A stretch of 63,176 nucleotides of DNA, counting the filler, from Octopus bimaculoides (Eukaryota), in assembly GCF_001194135.2 (NCBI RefSeq). It is 4 parts of 4 records of this genome, joined end to end, with 100 filler letters (N's around TTAATTAATTAA, not from the genome) between each part and the next. Parts side by side here need not be neighbours in the genome. Positions count along the whole stretch, not along the records: positions 26,068 to 57,337 come from NC_068983.1; 3 more parts are not named here. One strand, 5' to 3'. The notes under the pieces were generated by a model. It was not told the origin of the DNA. It saw only the letters and a list, made by a program, of their open reading frames with translations, and searched no databases. Shown one piece after another: positions 26,012 through 38,550 of this stretch. Every line of letters starts with the position of its first letter. Within the stretch, counting starts at the first letter, position 1. A program made the translations under genes and the position numbers.

Positions 26012-26023
26012 TTAATTAATTAA
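26012..26023. other. Assembly spacer TTAATTAATTAA inside a 100-bp gap (also 57382-57393, 61185-61196)
   Basis: Each occurrence is 44 N + 12 nt + 44 N = 100 bp; the 12-mer is a six-frame stop linker. Confidence 0.9.
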
Positions 26024-26883
26024 NNNNNNNNNNNNNNNNNNNNNNNNNNNNNNNNNNNNNNNNNNNNTATATATATATATATATATATATTGTATTATAT
26101 TATTTCATATATCATTTCGACATTCTCTTGCAATCTTTTGTTCAAGTGAATGTAATAAAATGTTTGTGATAATTTCAATGATGTAAACATTTCCCAGGAT
26201 TTGGTATTTTAGGGCTCCAATGATCATAACAAAGCGTAAAAAGAATTGCTTTCTCGGCAATTATGCAATGTCTTGTAATCTTTGATTTTGTAACGAAAGT
26301 CAAGACATCTATAAAAAAAGAAAAACCCAGAAATTTTGCTTTTATGACTTAGAAGCAATTTTTGTATGTTTTTAACGATCAACTTATCTTTAACATAGAA
26401 ATATCGCCCCTATTGAACAATGGGTATCATAATACCATTAACATATAAAGTTGAATAAAATATATTCTATGTGGTATCAGTAATGCAAAGGGGACAATTT
26501 AAGACCGTATATAAACTATAAATTGCACATTACTGCCAAAGTTACGTTGTTGTACTTAATACCCGATACTGAAGTTATGTCCATTAAGCATTCAAGAAGC
26601 CAAATAAAAATATGTTGTTAACGAATGCATATTAACAAATAAAATTGGCTATAGAGTAAGAAACTAAATGAAACAGCACAAACGGTAACTAATATTTTCG
26701 AATAGTGAATAGAACTTAGTGCTAACTAGATTAAAATGGAAATTACTATGTTAAAATTCTTATACGATTATATGAATACACACTCACACACACACACAAA
26801 CGCAAGCACGCGCATATATATAAAAGCAACACGAAAATAGAATGAATACAATTAATTAAGCGCTGTTTGTGAAAAGATACAAA

Positions 26884-27075
26884 GTAGCGAGCTGGCAGAA
26901 TCGTTAGCATGTCGGTTACGGTAAATGTATAACGCATTTCTTCTGGCTCTTTACGTTTTGAGTTCGAATCCCGCCAAAGTAGCCTTGCTTTTCATTCCTG
27001 CGGGGTCAATAAAACAAAGTAATGGGGCCGATATAATCGACTTGTCCCCTCCCTACAAAATTGTTGACATTGGAC
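26884..27075 (+). mobile_element. SINE family A
   Basis: gcgagctggcagaatcgttagc head, gagttcgaatcc B-box, ttttcattcctgcggggtcaataaa core. Confidence 0.75.
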
Positions 27076-27190
27076 CCTGTGACAGAATGGTCTCCAGTTC
27101 AGGTGAAGTGTGATTTCGATTAGTTATGCGCCATGCAAACAGATCTTATGAGTTCTAGGGTTAATAAAATAATACTTAGTATAAAAATTA

Positions 27191-27562
27191 TGTTGTTTGG
27201 CACTCTGTCGCTTACGACGTCGAGGGTTCCAGTTGATCCGATCAACGGAACAGCCTGCTCGTGAAATTAACGTGCAAGTGGCTGAGCACTCCACAGACAC
27301 GTGTACCCTTAACGTAGTTCTCGGGGATATTCAGCGTGACACAGTGTGACAAGGCTGACCCTTTGAATTACAGGCACAACAGAAACAGGAAGTAAGAGTG
27401 AGAGAAAGTTGTGGTGAAAGAGTACAGCAGGGTTCGCCACCATCCCCTGTCAGAGCCTCGTAGAGCTTTAGGTGTTTTCGCTCAATAAACACTCACAACG
27501 CCCAATCTGGGAATCGAAACCGCGAGTCCGCTGCCCTAACCACTGGGCCATTGCGCCTCCAC
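27191..27562 (-). mobile_element. tRNA-headed SINE family C, full-length
   Basis: Reverse complement begins gtggaggcgcaaTGGCCCAGTGGttaggg (A-box) ... GGTTTCGATTCC (B-box); body matches 54159-54439 closely; ends ...gagtgccaaacaaca. Confidence 0.9.
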
Positions 27563-28074
27563 TATATAATACATATAAACATGCTAAAACCCACTCTTGC
27601 ATGACTTTATATATAAGGTCTAATAAGACTGAACTTTAATATATTTATCTGTATTATATAAACTTTATATTACTCAGTCAGTTAGTATGTATTTGTCGGG
27701 AAGAAAAGTTTGTGTCCCAAGTTCTTCACTGCCCTTACAAAACTGGCGAGATGAACGTGGTTGACGTTCTGCTTAAGCAGTTGTAAGCTGATGTCTGCAC
27801 GCACGCAAGGTGCGCGCGCACACACACAAATAAATTAAGGAACATGGACAGAAAGGATATTCCAGAAGGGATGACGTTTTTGGGGAAAAGAATTGTACGA
27901 AGTGGTCAGTATGGGGTCGAGGCATTGGAGACACAGTGTGACTTCCTAGAGGTGTAAGCAAATGCAGGAATAGAATGCAACCAACAAAACACATTCTTAC
28001 ACGGAATACCAACAATTGCAAGGCTGGGAACATAAAAAAAAAGCATTCAATTTTTATAACTTTGTTTTCATTTT

Positions 28075-28287
28075 TTATGTTTCACTCATTTGAGTGCGGC
28101 CATGCTGGGGCACCACCTTGGAAAGTTTAGTCGAACAAATAGGTTTTAATATTTATTTATGTTATTAGTGTGGTACTTATTCTATCGTTTTTTTTTTTTT
28201 TATGAACCACTAAGTTACGGGGACACCAACAAACCAGCATCGGTTATCAAGCTATGGTGAGGTAACAAACACGCAAATACACACACG

Positions 28288-28324
<37 letters not shown>

Positions 28325-28593
28325 TGGGGTCGATATAATCGACTTAATCCGTTTGTCTGTCTTTGTTTGTCCCCTCTGTGTGTAGCCCCTTGTGGGTAGT
28401 AAAGAAATAACACATATATATACACATGACGGATTTCCATACAGTTTTCGTCCACCGAATTCACTCACAAGACTTTGGTAGGCCCGGTACTATAGCAGAC
28501 GACACTTGTCCAAGACGCGGCGCAGTGGAACTGAAACTGAAATTATGTGGCTGCAAAGCAAGTTTCTCAACAACACAGCCATGCTTGCGCCTA
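28075..28593 (-). mobile_element. SINE family B carrying a nested family A 3' fragment (28322-28410, + strand)
   Basis: Family B tail, (CA)n, then cactggggtcgatataatcgacttaatccgtttgtc...gtgggtagtaaagaaataa, then the family B 5' half. Confidence 0.8.
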
Positions 28594-30189
28594 TGAGGAA
28601 CAAATATTATATTTTGTTATAGTTGAAAATGATACGAAGCAATGAAGACTGTTTTAACAAAATATCTTGTTCTAGAACCCTTTTCAGAAAAGAAAGAAAA
28701 GCACAAATAATCAGCTTTGACAGTTGCTGAAACGCAATGTGCATTAGCTAGAATTTTATCCTAAAATGACAAGCTTGTCACATTTATTAATAATACATTT
28801 GATTCTATCAATATAATTGAAGTAATACAAGACAATGTTCTGTAGTCATTTGATGCGTCTAGAAGCTTAGTATTACTTATTCAGGTAAGTATATCTTACG
28901 TGGACTCGATTTATATTTTGAAGATAAGTTCGTTACTGAATTTCAAAAGAGTAACGCAGGGGAACGTTTATAATAGGTCGCTTCAGTCAGAACTGATGTT
29001 GGTGCTCCTATGATCGTAGGCTAAACAACATCATTTATAGTTTGTTTATTAATTGTTGTAAACTATGTCTCACGAGGTACATGAGAGAATTCATGAATCT
29101 TATGAAGAGCCATGAAACCTCCAAATCGGTAGATATTGTCATAGTCACAAGTCTTGCTGAACGTTCGACTTTGTGATAGACTATCATTGACTCGAACTTT
29201 TACTTCACAGCAGTCCAGTGATTGAAGCAAATAAGAGATTTAATAAAGATTCAAAACCGAAAGCAAAAACAAAATAAAACAAAAACTGCGTTTGTTGTCA
29301 AATTCGATGTCTTGATTTACCTTGAGATATTGTTTCTACCGCATTGGAGTTTGTTTTTAGGTTGGAAAAGATCAGTTTATCTATTTCAGATATTTATATT
29401 TCAGGTTATTTATTTGTTGAATATCTTTCAGACAATTGTGTGCATCTGAAGCAATCTCGATAAAACGGAAGCTTTTTGTGTTGTAAGTGTTAAAAAGCCA
29501 TGTCAATTTTCTTTGTTTATCAATAAAATCTCAAATTTTCGTAAAAGCCGCAGGAGTCTCGCTACTTTTACTGAATTATAAACAACGGCATTTATTTCAT
29601 TCAATCGTAGCTAATTATCAGTCAATTTAAACAATGAATATTCATGATTAGCATCGTTTTCCGTTTAACCTTCATTTTCCATTTAGCATGTTTATTGCTA
29701 ACATACAAGTCGTTGTTCGTAGAGGTCGCCGTGGTGGTGGTGGTGGTGGTCGTCGTCGTCAATTCGTTGAATTGTCGTTGTTGTTGTTGCTGCTACTGCT
29801 GTGCTGTTGTTGTTGTTCAGCTCTGACTAAGAAAACTTATGATCAGAAGCTGACTGTTCTAGCCACGAACATTTTGTCTTTCTCTCAAACATTGTGTATC
29901 TAGGACTACATTATTTAATGTGACATTCTTATTTCAAGTCGGTAGTGTGTAATTTGTGGGAGATTTGGCTGCTATTTCGAACGGGTTAAGTGGGCGACTA
30001 CATGGAAACCATACACGTTAAATGGCGCAGTAGAAGGTTACCAAATCTCGATATCCATGTCGGTGTATTTTAACCGATTATCAATATTAAATACTTCAAA
30101 GAAAATTTTCACAGAATATCGTTGACGTTCTGGTGAAAGAAACTGCAGTACAACTATTCTTATATTCCGGAAACAACTATTCTTATGTT

Positions 30190-30405
30190 GGTTTCAAATT
30201 ATGGCATAAGGCCAGCAATTTTGAGGGAAATGGTAAGTCGATTACATCGGCTCTATTGCTCAACTGGTACTTATTTTATCGAATCTAAAAGGATGAAAAA
30301 TTGAAATCGACCTCAGCGGAATTTGAACTCAAAACGTGAAGACGGATGAAGTGCCGCTAAGCATTTTGCCCGGCGTGCAAACTATTCTGCCAACTCGCTG
30401 CCTTA
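30190..30405 (-). mobile_element. SINE family A (short tail subtype)
   Basis: aaaggatgaaa...gacctcagcggaatttgaactc...gcattttgcccggcgtgc...ctgccaactcgctgcc. Confidence 0.85.
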
Positions 30406-32185
30406 ATAACTATTGTTACATTGGCCAATAGTAATATAAATAATTTTACTTGAAGGAAATCTTGAAACCGTCGGTATTATCTAGTAGGGAGTCCTCTGTT
30501 GCAAAACTCAGACTAGGTCTTCCATAAGACCTAGGATAACTCAACATTTTGACACCACGCTTCTTCCCTTCTACAGTAATCTATGAGTTGTGGATTTCTC
30601 TTCTCTATCCGCCTCACCAATATCGGAGTCGCCCAGAAAATATCACAAGTGTTGACCTTCTTCTTCTGAAGGAAAAAGTTATAAAAAGAGACAATTTTTT
30701 AAAACACTTGCATCCATTTATTTTTCTTCCAATATACAAGTAAGAAAGATAAATCAAGCTAATCATCTTTATGATTCCTAAAGAGAAAAATCTGCAAGTT
30801 ATTTTTTTCTTTTTTCGTCAGGAATTAAAAGAGTCGGAATAATTTATGGAGCAGGAGGTACTGGTTAATAAATCTCTTGCTTTACGATTAAACGATTTGA
30901 TACTTATAAAGATTAACATAATATATTACTTGTTTATACAACTAAAATTTCGCATCACTCTTTAGCTCAATGTTAATTCCTTGTACTATCCTTAAACCAT
31001 AAAAATATCATACCATAACAAAATGGTTTCTTTACTTATGTGTTTTTCCCTTAAAAATCGCTACGTAATGGCTTCTAGAGAACTTCTCTTAAATTTGCAT
31101 AGCTTGTCGGTCGTTATTTAGAGAAACAGGAGGAAAAACAAGGAAGATGAAGAGAAAAATAGGAAAGACAGAAATGAAAAGTGGCTATAAGAGAGAAACG
31201 ATAACAGACAACAGCAGGTAAGAAGAAAAATTTAAAAGAATATTATTACAAAGGAGACATGAAGAAACGGAGAGAAAGACAGGAATAAGTTTGAAGATAA
31301 GAGATAAAAGGATACAGAAAAAGTAAGATGAAAAGCAAAGGGTCGAGAAGAAAGAGCAGAGATAGTCTGTAATACTGAAAGAAACAGAACATACATGAAA
31401 ATAGAAAATAGAAATTGTAGAAGAAAAAAAAGTGAAAGTAAAGAAGCAATAAGTGAAAGAAGATAGAAAATTCAAGTGAAGATATGAGAGAGTGAATGTG
31501 GGATAGGGGGTGAGGAGATGATAAGAGCAAAAGTGAAAAAGTGAGAATAAATATTTTGTTGAAAGATGCAATAATCGCAGTCTGGCTTCTCGTCTGATAC
31601 TTGCCTATATTGTTTATACTGAAATTCTGCCCTGGGAACTAATGAAACAGTTGTTAGTTCCACTATATTACAGAGTTGTTGTTATAGCTTTTCTATGGCA
31701 TCTATTTACAATTGCATGGACGGAGCCTAAACTACTTGTTTTGGTCATGAATTTTATACAGTGCAATTGACGAGTGTTTCACCTTTTGTTAGTGGTCTGC
31801 TCTCGTGTACAACCGGTCCTTATACTTATGTCAATGTATTCAATGTTAGACGAACACAAGATGGTAGATAGGCAGAATGCACCGATGCTATTAAAAGAAA
31901 CTCTATAGTAAGAGTCTATATAAATGTTAGTTGGTTTCTTAGTTGACTGAATATTCCTTTGCTGTTTGAGGAGGAAGACCAGGCATCTTCAGGCGTCAAG
32001 AGACCATTTTGGGTACATCTTACTCGTTTGTATTAGTGAGTAGCTGGAAAGATATCTTATCCACATGCCATTAGCTGGTAGGTCTAGTGTATAGATGGAT
32101 GAAATGCAACGGATTCTTAAATCTACTGAGATGTTTCCAAGTATCTGTCAAATAGCGATTGGCTTATCTGGATGCACCAATTTCA

Positions 32186-32572
32186 ACATGTGCAAATCGC
32201 AGCGAGTCGTCCAGGTCGTGCTTAGATTGGATGATTTTTTTTTTTTGACAGTTGATAGTGACGGCATGTTGTCTGTATTTTCGGACTGTTAGCTGACCAC
32301 AAGTTTGTAACCTATGTTTAATCTAGATAAGACTCACAAGTTAGAACCCAGTTACTGGAAGTGAAAATCTCTGTTCACGGTTTCGACATGAGCAAATTGC
32401 AGCGAATTGTTCGGATCGTACTTCGATACGATAATTTTTTTTTTTTGGCAGTTGATAATGATGGCGTATTTTGGGGCCGTTAGCTTCACTGACCACGACT
32501 TTGTAATCTGTGTTCAATTTAAATAGGACTCAATTGCAAGAACCAAGTTACTGGAAGCAAAAAATCTCTGTT
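32186..32572. repeat. Old tandem duplication, 200-bp period
   Basis: 32186-32375 aligns with 32386-32572 (acatg.gcaaat.gcagcga ... T-run ... cagttgata.tga.ggc ... tgaccac ... agttactggaag...aaaatctctgtt). Confidence 0.85.
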
Positions 32573-34285
32573 TGCAGTAGGCAAAGCCAACAGAAACCGA
32601 TTTAGCAAGCTAATTAGACAGGAATTGACAGAAAAAATTATGAGTAACAAGCAGTGACTAGCTTGAAAGGGAAAAATCAAAGCAGAATCAGTGAGGTATA
32701 GTAAGGAAATAGCAGTTTGAAATTGATAACTTGTTCATGGCTGTAATGATGGGCTGTCAAACAACATGTCGGAAACTCATATATATCTATTGGCAGCGTT
32801 GCCCATTTCAGATTCTTCTGGACTTTCCGTTGTTTTTATTGAAAGCCTCCCCACTCCGCTGTCTCTATGTCTCCACTTTGTGCTGTGTAAAAAACCAGCT
32901 TTTTTCTTCTTACTAGTTGGAAGTTTGAAGAGGGTGCAATTTGTTGTTGTGAGCCAAATTGTGTTCCTAGTTGGTGTTGTTTTTGTTCTGGTTGTTGTTG
33001 GGTTTGTGTATTTTCTCTTGTGTGTTCGTTGTTGTTTCGTTCGCATGTTTTCCTTTCTTTGCCATTAGCGAAGATGGTGGTGATAGTGATGATGGACTTG
33101 TTATTATGGATTTAGCATTGTTTGGGAATGTGAAGTTGGTGGGTTTGTGTTTTGTTCCTTTATTATTTTTTTTCAGGTTTCCTTTTTTACCCCCTTACCA
33201 CCACCACTTTATCATCACGGGTGTGATCGGAAGACTTCGACTTGAACGAAGGCAATGGCATGTTTCTTATGTATGTGTGTCTGAGTTTGTGCATGTAGGA
33301 GGAAGTAATGGTTAGAGGCAGGAGATTGAAAGCGTTGGGAGTCACTTGGGTGGTAATTATTTTGTTATAGCCATTGCTTTTCGCCATCTTAGTTGCTACT
33401 GCTGACGATAATATAAGCACTTGCCAAGTACTGGAATCGGTTTGATACAAATGGCCTGACATGAAGAGATTTATACTACATTGTGTCTGACCCTTTGTCT
33501 CTTTTAGAAACCATTGTAATTTTTTCAGTCAAGAACTGAGTTCAATAAAATCGACGATAACTTATCTGCAAATCGATAATCTTGTCCACGACTATATATC
33601 TACAGAGGGATATAATGACGCATTCACTGATATATTTTATATGCTCATCCTTCAGACTTCACAATCTGTTCAGCACAACATGAACGGGAAAGCGAAGATA
33701 CAAATTTACTACTGAATTTTAAGGAAAAAAACCGCACTGCCGCTTATATCAAATGCCAAACCTATCAAACATACATTTGTATTTAGCTACGCTGAGTTAA
33801 AAACAAAAACATTAAAAAATAAGAGATATTTTTCATTATTGTTTCCAGCCAATGTTGTTTTCGTTTCGTAAATCTATTTTCAGCAATCATTAACTGAGTA
33901 CATGACATCTAGCAGGTCAAGGTGTCCTTTAGCGTGGCCACTTAGGTTGCTAATATATTCCAGCCATATTAAAATCATTGCTTAAAGGCTAATCTAATCT
34001 ATATAAGTCGACAACGAAATTCCAAAATTTTAGATTTGGCCAACCACTAAGTGATCCGTAAGAAAGACATCATTTAACATCAATCTTTAAATGTTGTATT
34101 ACTTATGGACCACTTACTATTTTTGTTATTTCTGCTAATCTCAATTTAGTTAAACATCTAGAGACGTCATTGCACAATCGATAAGAATATCTGTTATTGT
34201 GCCAAACTCTATCAGACTTCTGAGATATTAATGTCCAAGAATGTTGCTTCTGCAAAACACACACACACACACACACACATTAAAT

Positions 34286-34376
<91 letters not shown>

Positions 34377-34450
34377 CACACAGATTTATACACATACATA
34401 TATATACATACATATATACATATGCATACATACGTACATACATACATGCA

Positions 34451-34481
<31 letters not shown>

Positions 34482-34696
34482 TAGATTCTGTTCTCTGAGT
34501 CTATAATTCTGAAACTGGAGAATGTAAAACGAACAGAACCGTTCAACTTTAAATTTCTCCCATATATCACTGCCGCCATAAGCTCTTATACTGAATGCCT
34601 AATGGGGTTGTTGAAAGGTACATATGGCCTGGGTCAGCGGTTTCAACTTATGGATTACGTCTCAAATTGGTATGTGCCGTGAAGACAACATATTTT

Positions 34697-34785
34697 GAAT
34701 GAATGAATGAATGAATGAATGAATGAATGAATGGATGGGTGGATGGATGGATGGATGGATGGATGGATGGATGGATGGATGGATG
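34697..34785. repeat. (GAAT)n to (GGAT)n compound microsatellite
   Basis: Direct reading. Confidence 0.95.
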
Positions 34786-34849
34786 ATCCCATCCTCGCTG
34801 GTGACGCTGGTGTCCCGTGAGGCACTGGTGTCTCTCGAGAGACACTGAT

Positions 34850-34937
34850 GCTGGTGTCGCGCTGGTGTCTCGCTGGTGTCTCACTGGTGTCGCACTGGTA
34901 TCGCGCTGGTGTCTCGCTAGTGTCGCGCTGGTGTCTT
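34850..34937. repeat. GC-rich 11-bp minisatellite (RCTGGTGTCKC) x8
   Basis: Eight contiguous units, with degenerate units upstream from ~34797. Confidence 0.9.
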
Positions 34938-35115
34938 GTGAGATAGATGTACCCTCCGCCAGGCTCCTCGCTATTCATTTCTTGCTGTCATTAACCAATC
35001 TTCGTATTTGTCACTTGCGAACCAGATTAACCAAGCCCTGAAGATACTTGCACAAATATTTTAGAAATAATACATTTCTAAATCTCTCAGAGAGATTTAT
35101 GCAATAATGATACGT

Positions 35116-35531
35116 TGAAGTAGTTGTATGCTGTCAACTTAATGTGACAGTCCCCTGAAGGGAATAATACTACTGTTGATTAGACCTAGGAAGCTACACC
35201 GCTTCCTGTCGACCTTGACACATTTCTTATGTCCTCATGTTTACAAGGGGTAGACAAGTACCTCCGCCCAGCTAAGCCTGCATCCAGAGGCATGTTTCAG
35301 AGTCTTTGCTCGTCATCAGTCTGGAGTAGCATGACGAGCAAAGACTCAGAAACATGTCCCTGGATGCTAGCTTAGCTGGGTGGAGGTGCTTGTCTCCCCC
35401 TTGTAAACATAAGGACACAGGAAATGTGTCAAGGCCGACAGGAAGCGGTGCAGCTTCCTAGGTCTAACCAACAGTAGTATTATTCCTTTCAGAGGACTAT
35501 CACATTAAGTTGACAGCGTACAACTACTTCA
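35116..35531. repeat. Long inverted repeat: 201-bp arms, 14-nt spacer
   Basis: 35116-35316 is the reverse complement of 35331-35531 with 18 mismatches and no indels (hand count). Confidence 0.95.
35283..35325 (-). ncRNA. Minimal type-I hammerhead-like motif at the apex of the inverted repeat
   Basis: Minus strand TCCAGA-CTGATGA-C-GAG(caaaga)CTC-T-GAAA-CATG-C-C-TCTGGA with a perfect 6-bp stem I. The plus-strand sister copy reads GAAACATGTC (palindromic ACATGT stem III, GUC cleavage triplet). Confidence 0.65.
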
Positions 35532-35600
35532 CAAATATTTTAATCTGAAATATTAGACAGAGTGTTAAATTTTCACGAATTAAAATATACAACATATTGA

Positions 35601-36037
35601 AGCACAGGCGTGAACGTTTAGCTAAAAGGTTCGCTTCGTAGTCGCGTACACGACAACTTGGGTGTCTTCTACTATAGTCCGGACCTGGTAAATTTGGCAG
35701 ACAGAAACAGTGCAGAAGCCTGTCGCATGTGTATAATGTGTGTGTGTGTGTGTGTGTGCGCGCGTGCGCACATGCGTACGTGCGTGTATGCGCGCGTATG
35801 TATATATGTTTGTGTGTATGTGTGTGTATATGTGTATGTATGTGTGTATTTATGTGTGTGTCTGTGTCTGTGTATCTGTGTTTGCTTCTCACTGTGTTAG
35901 TGTATTCACGTCTGTGTAATTTAGCGGTACGCCAAAAACGTACGATAGAATTAGAACCACATTTTAAATAAGTACTTGGGTCGATATGATCGACTAAGGA
36001 GACCAATAACTGAAGCAAGGAAAAAATAAAGAATAAT
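35601..36037 (+). mobile_element. Old SINE family B with expanded internal microsatellite
   Basis: Degenerate head, tgtcttctactatag, aaatttggcagacagaaac, (GT)/(GC) tract, then tail remnant ...gggtcgat.tgatcgactaa. Confidence 0.6.
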
Positions 36038-36054
36038 TCATACGCAAATTATTC

Positions 36055-36892
36055 TTTTATGGCTCAGGGATTTCTGGAAGTTGTCCCGATACCTCGGCCC
36101 GAATGTTCTTCCGAACAGGTTGACAAGCTGTTCCCCATCGTAGCCCAGAGTCTCCCCCAGGACGTCGTCGGACATGTGCTCTACCAACCCGCTATAAAGA
36201 TCCGCAGTGGTAGCCTCGCTGCCGGTATTGCTCGCTCGGGAGTACAGAGCGAGTGCATGTCTGCACTCCCTCTGCCATTCGCTCATTTTCGGTCTCCGCG
36301 TGATCCATGCGCCTACGTCCCGCAGGGACGTCAATTGTGGCAGGAAGAACTTGATATGCGGTGACCACCCCCGTTCACCATCCAGGTAGAGCCAGAGATG
36401 TCTCAGCCTCAGCGCATACTTGCGCATCATCAGCCAAGGCACCCCTAACCCACCCTTTAACGGTTTCTGGTAGTAGATGGAGCGCCTCACAAGTGGTGGT
36501 TTCCCACTCCACAAAAAGCGGAAAAGGATCTGTTCCAGCTTGGTCAGTCACACACTGGGGCAAGGTACAATGGTTAGGTGGTAGGTTATCACAGATGCTA
36601 TAAACACCTGTGCAACCACGGCCCGCCCTATCAAGGATAGCGTCCTCCCAGACCAGGTCTGGGTTATGACCGTCATTTTGCTTGTGACCTCGCTCCAGTT
36701 TTTCTCCATCTGGAGGTCTTGTCTAAACCAGACCCCAAGCAGTTTAACCGGGCCCTCCGTCCAACGTCCCACAACGTTGTTGGGAGGCATCGACTTGCCC
36801 CTCCAGGTGCCGAGTTGCAAACCGTCTGATTTTTCCTGGTTAACTTTTGCTCCTGCCACCGCTTCGTATCTTTTGATGTGGCTTACGGAGTT
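36055..36892 (-). pseudogene. L1-clade (Tx1-like) non-LTR retrotransposon ORF2 fragment (post-RT/thumb region)
   Basis: YEAVAGAKVNQEKSDGLQLGTWRGK...VKLLGVWF...NWSEV...WSGRTLSLIGRAVVAQVFIASVITYHL, then W..KPPLVRRSIYYQKPLKGGLGVPWL. These are the typical L1/Tx1 LS..GR and P...GGLG.P motifs; frameshifted and truncated at both ends. Confidence 0.9.
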
Positions 36893-37761
36893 CTTGTATT
36901 TATAACTATACAAAACTAGTTAGAAAAATAGACATATGGCAGAGAATAAATAGATTTCGTTGGGGGGGGGGGTCGACCTGTTATCTCATTTCAACTCTCC
37001 ACCGCATACAAGAGGTTAGAAGGGTCAAGTGGCAAAGACATAAATCGGCTTAGCGAAGCCATATGTTAAATGTAACTGCTGCCACTATTGTTTTTCTGAG
37101 AGAAAAGTGCTGTTGCAATGTTAAGGGTAATTGGCAGATTCCTGTTCGAATCTACTCTATGGCTAAAGGAAGTCACTACAGACTCAACAAGCATAACAAA
37201 CGCAATAAATGTTAGACACGTATTTTATATATTGAAAATGCTTGGTTATTACACGTCTACAACTTCGCCGCGGCAAATGTATTATAAAGCGGCGAATTGG
37301 TAGAGTCGTTAGCATGTTGCATACGATGCTTCATGATATTCGTTTATTACTCTCTGAGTTCAAATCTCACCGAGGTCAACTTTGCCTTTCAGAAAAAAAC
37401 AAAAGAACCATTCCAGGACGGTGGATTGATTGAACTATTTATTATTAGTGTCGGGCAGGATTCCTTGCAGAATCTGATCCGGCTCTGTTCATTCTGAGTT
37501 CGACTTTCGCCCAGTCAACGAAAATCAATGACACTTCCGTCAGCAGTTACAATTAGCAGACAGTATATCAACAACGTGAAAAACCACCAATGGAAACAGC
37601 TCCGTGCTTCGAACACTACTACTCGTGTATGAGACGTTTTCGCACTGCCGTTTTGGTGCCGCCTTTATGGCGTCACCGATTAGACACTGGCATTTGACAT
37701 CTGACGTTTTAATGTTTCTCCTCGTCTCTCACTAATTCTCTATCTCTCTCATTCTCTCTCT

Positions 37762-37813
<52 letters not shown>

Positions 37814-38159
37814 CTCCCTTTCTCTCCCTGTGTGATATATTCCTCTTTATGTGTATGAGGAGAAGGAATTGCGTTCAATCAATAAATTGTAATATCTCCT
37901 CACTCTTTACATCTGTACATTTCTGCTCATGCACGTGTGTGAATATGTATGCGCGCGCGCGTGTCTGTGTGTGTGCGTGTGTGTGTGTGTCCAGTATCAA
38001 AATGTGCGCGCGCGTGTGTCTGTGTGTGTGTGCGTGTGTGTGTTTATCCAGTACCAAAATGTATTGTGCGCCGAAACAGGTTGAACGTCCAGTCAGCCAT
38101 GCCAAATCACCAACGTGAAAACAACCGCGCCCAATCATCTCATTCTGAACACTTCTTTA

Positions 38160-38367
38160 TTTTCTATCTTTTACCAGTTCTAATCATTGGGCTGCAGCCA
38201 TGCTGAGCCACCGACTTGATGGGTTTAATCGATCTAATTGATCCCAGAGCTAGTACTAATTCTATCGGTCTCTTTTTGGGGGAAACGCTAAGTTTCGGAT
38301 GGGTAAGCAAACCAACACCAACTGTCAAGAGGTGGTGGAAGGACAAACACAAACACACACACACACG

Positions 38368-38407
<40 letters not shown>

Positions 38408-38420
38408 CAGACACAAACAT
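38160..38420 (-). mobile_element. SINE family B 3' half
   Basis: gctgcagccatgctg...tagtactaattctatcggtctcttttg...gctaagtt...acaccaactgtcaag..gtggtgg..ggacaaacac, then (CA)n. Confidence 0.7.
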
Positions 38421-38550
38421 ATATATTTCACACACACACATGAAAAAGACAAGAACAGAATCGAAAACTCTTCGCTGTTTTTCTAATCGTACGTAAGAAC
38501 TACAGAATTGAATCAATTATATTTGGTTCTCCATTTGTATTGAATACCTA

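Noticed and set aside
26012-26023. Identical TTAATTAATTAA palindrome at three loci
   Set aside because: Always centred in a 44N+12+44N block, so it is a scaffolding spacer and not biology.
27490-27562. tRNA-like sequences with A and B boxes (also in families A, B and D)
   Set aside because: These are SINE heads fused to SINE bodies and lack a complete cloverleaf, so they are not tRNA genes.
31130-31560. Long purine-rich tract giving hydrophobic F/L/S ORFs on the minus strand
   Set aside because: Low-complexity decayed (AAAG/AGA) repeat.
34850-34937. CRISPR-like regular repeats
   Set aside because: Units are contiguous with no unique spacers, and the context is eukaryotic with no cas genes.
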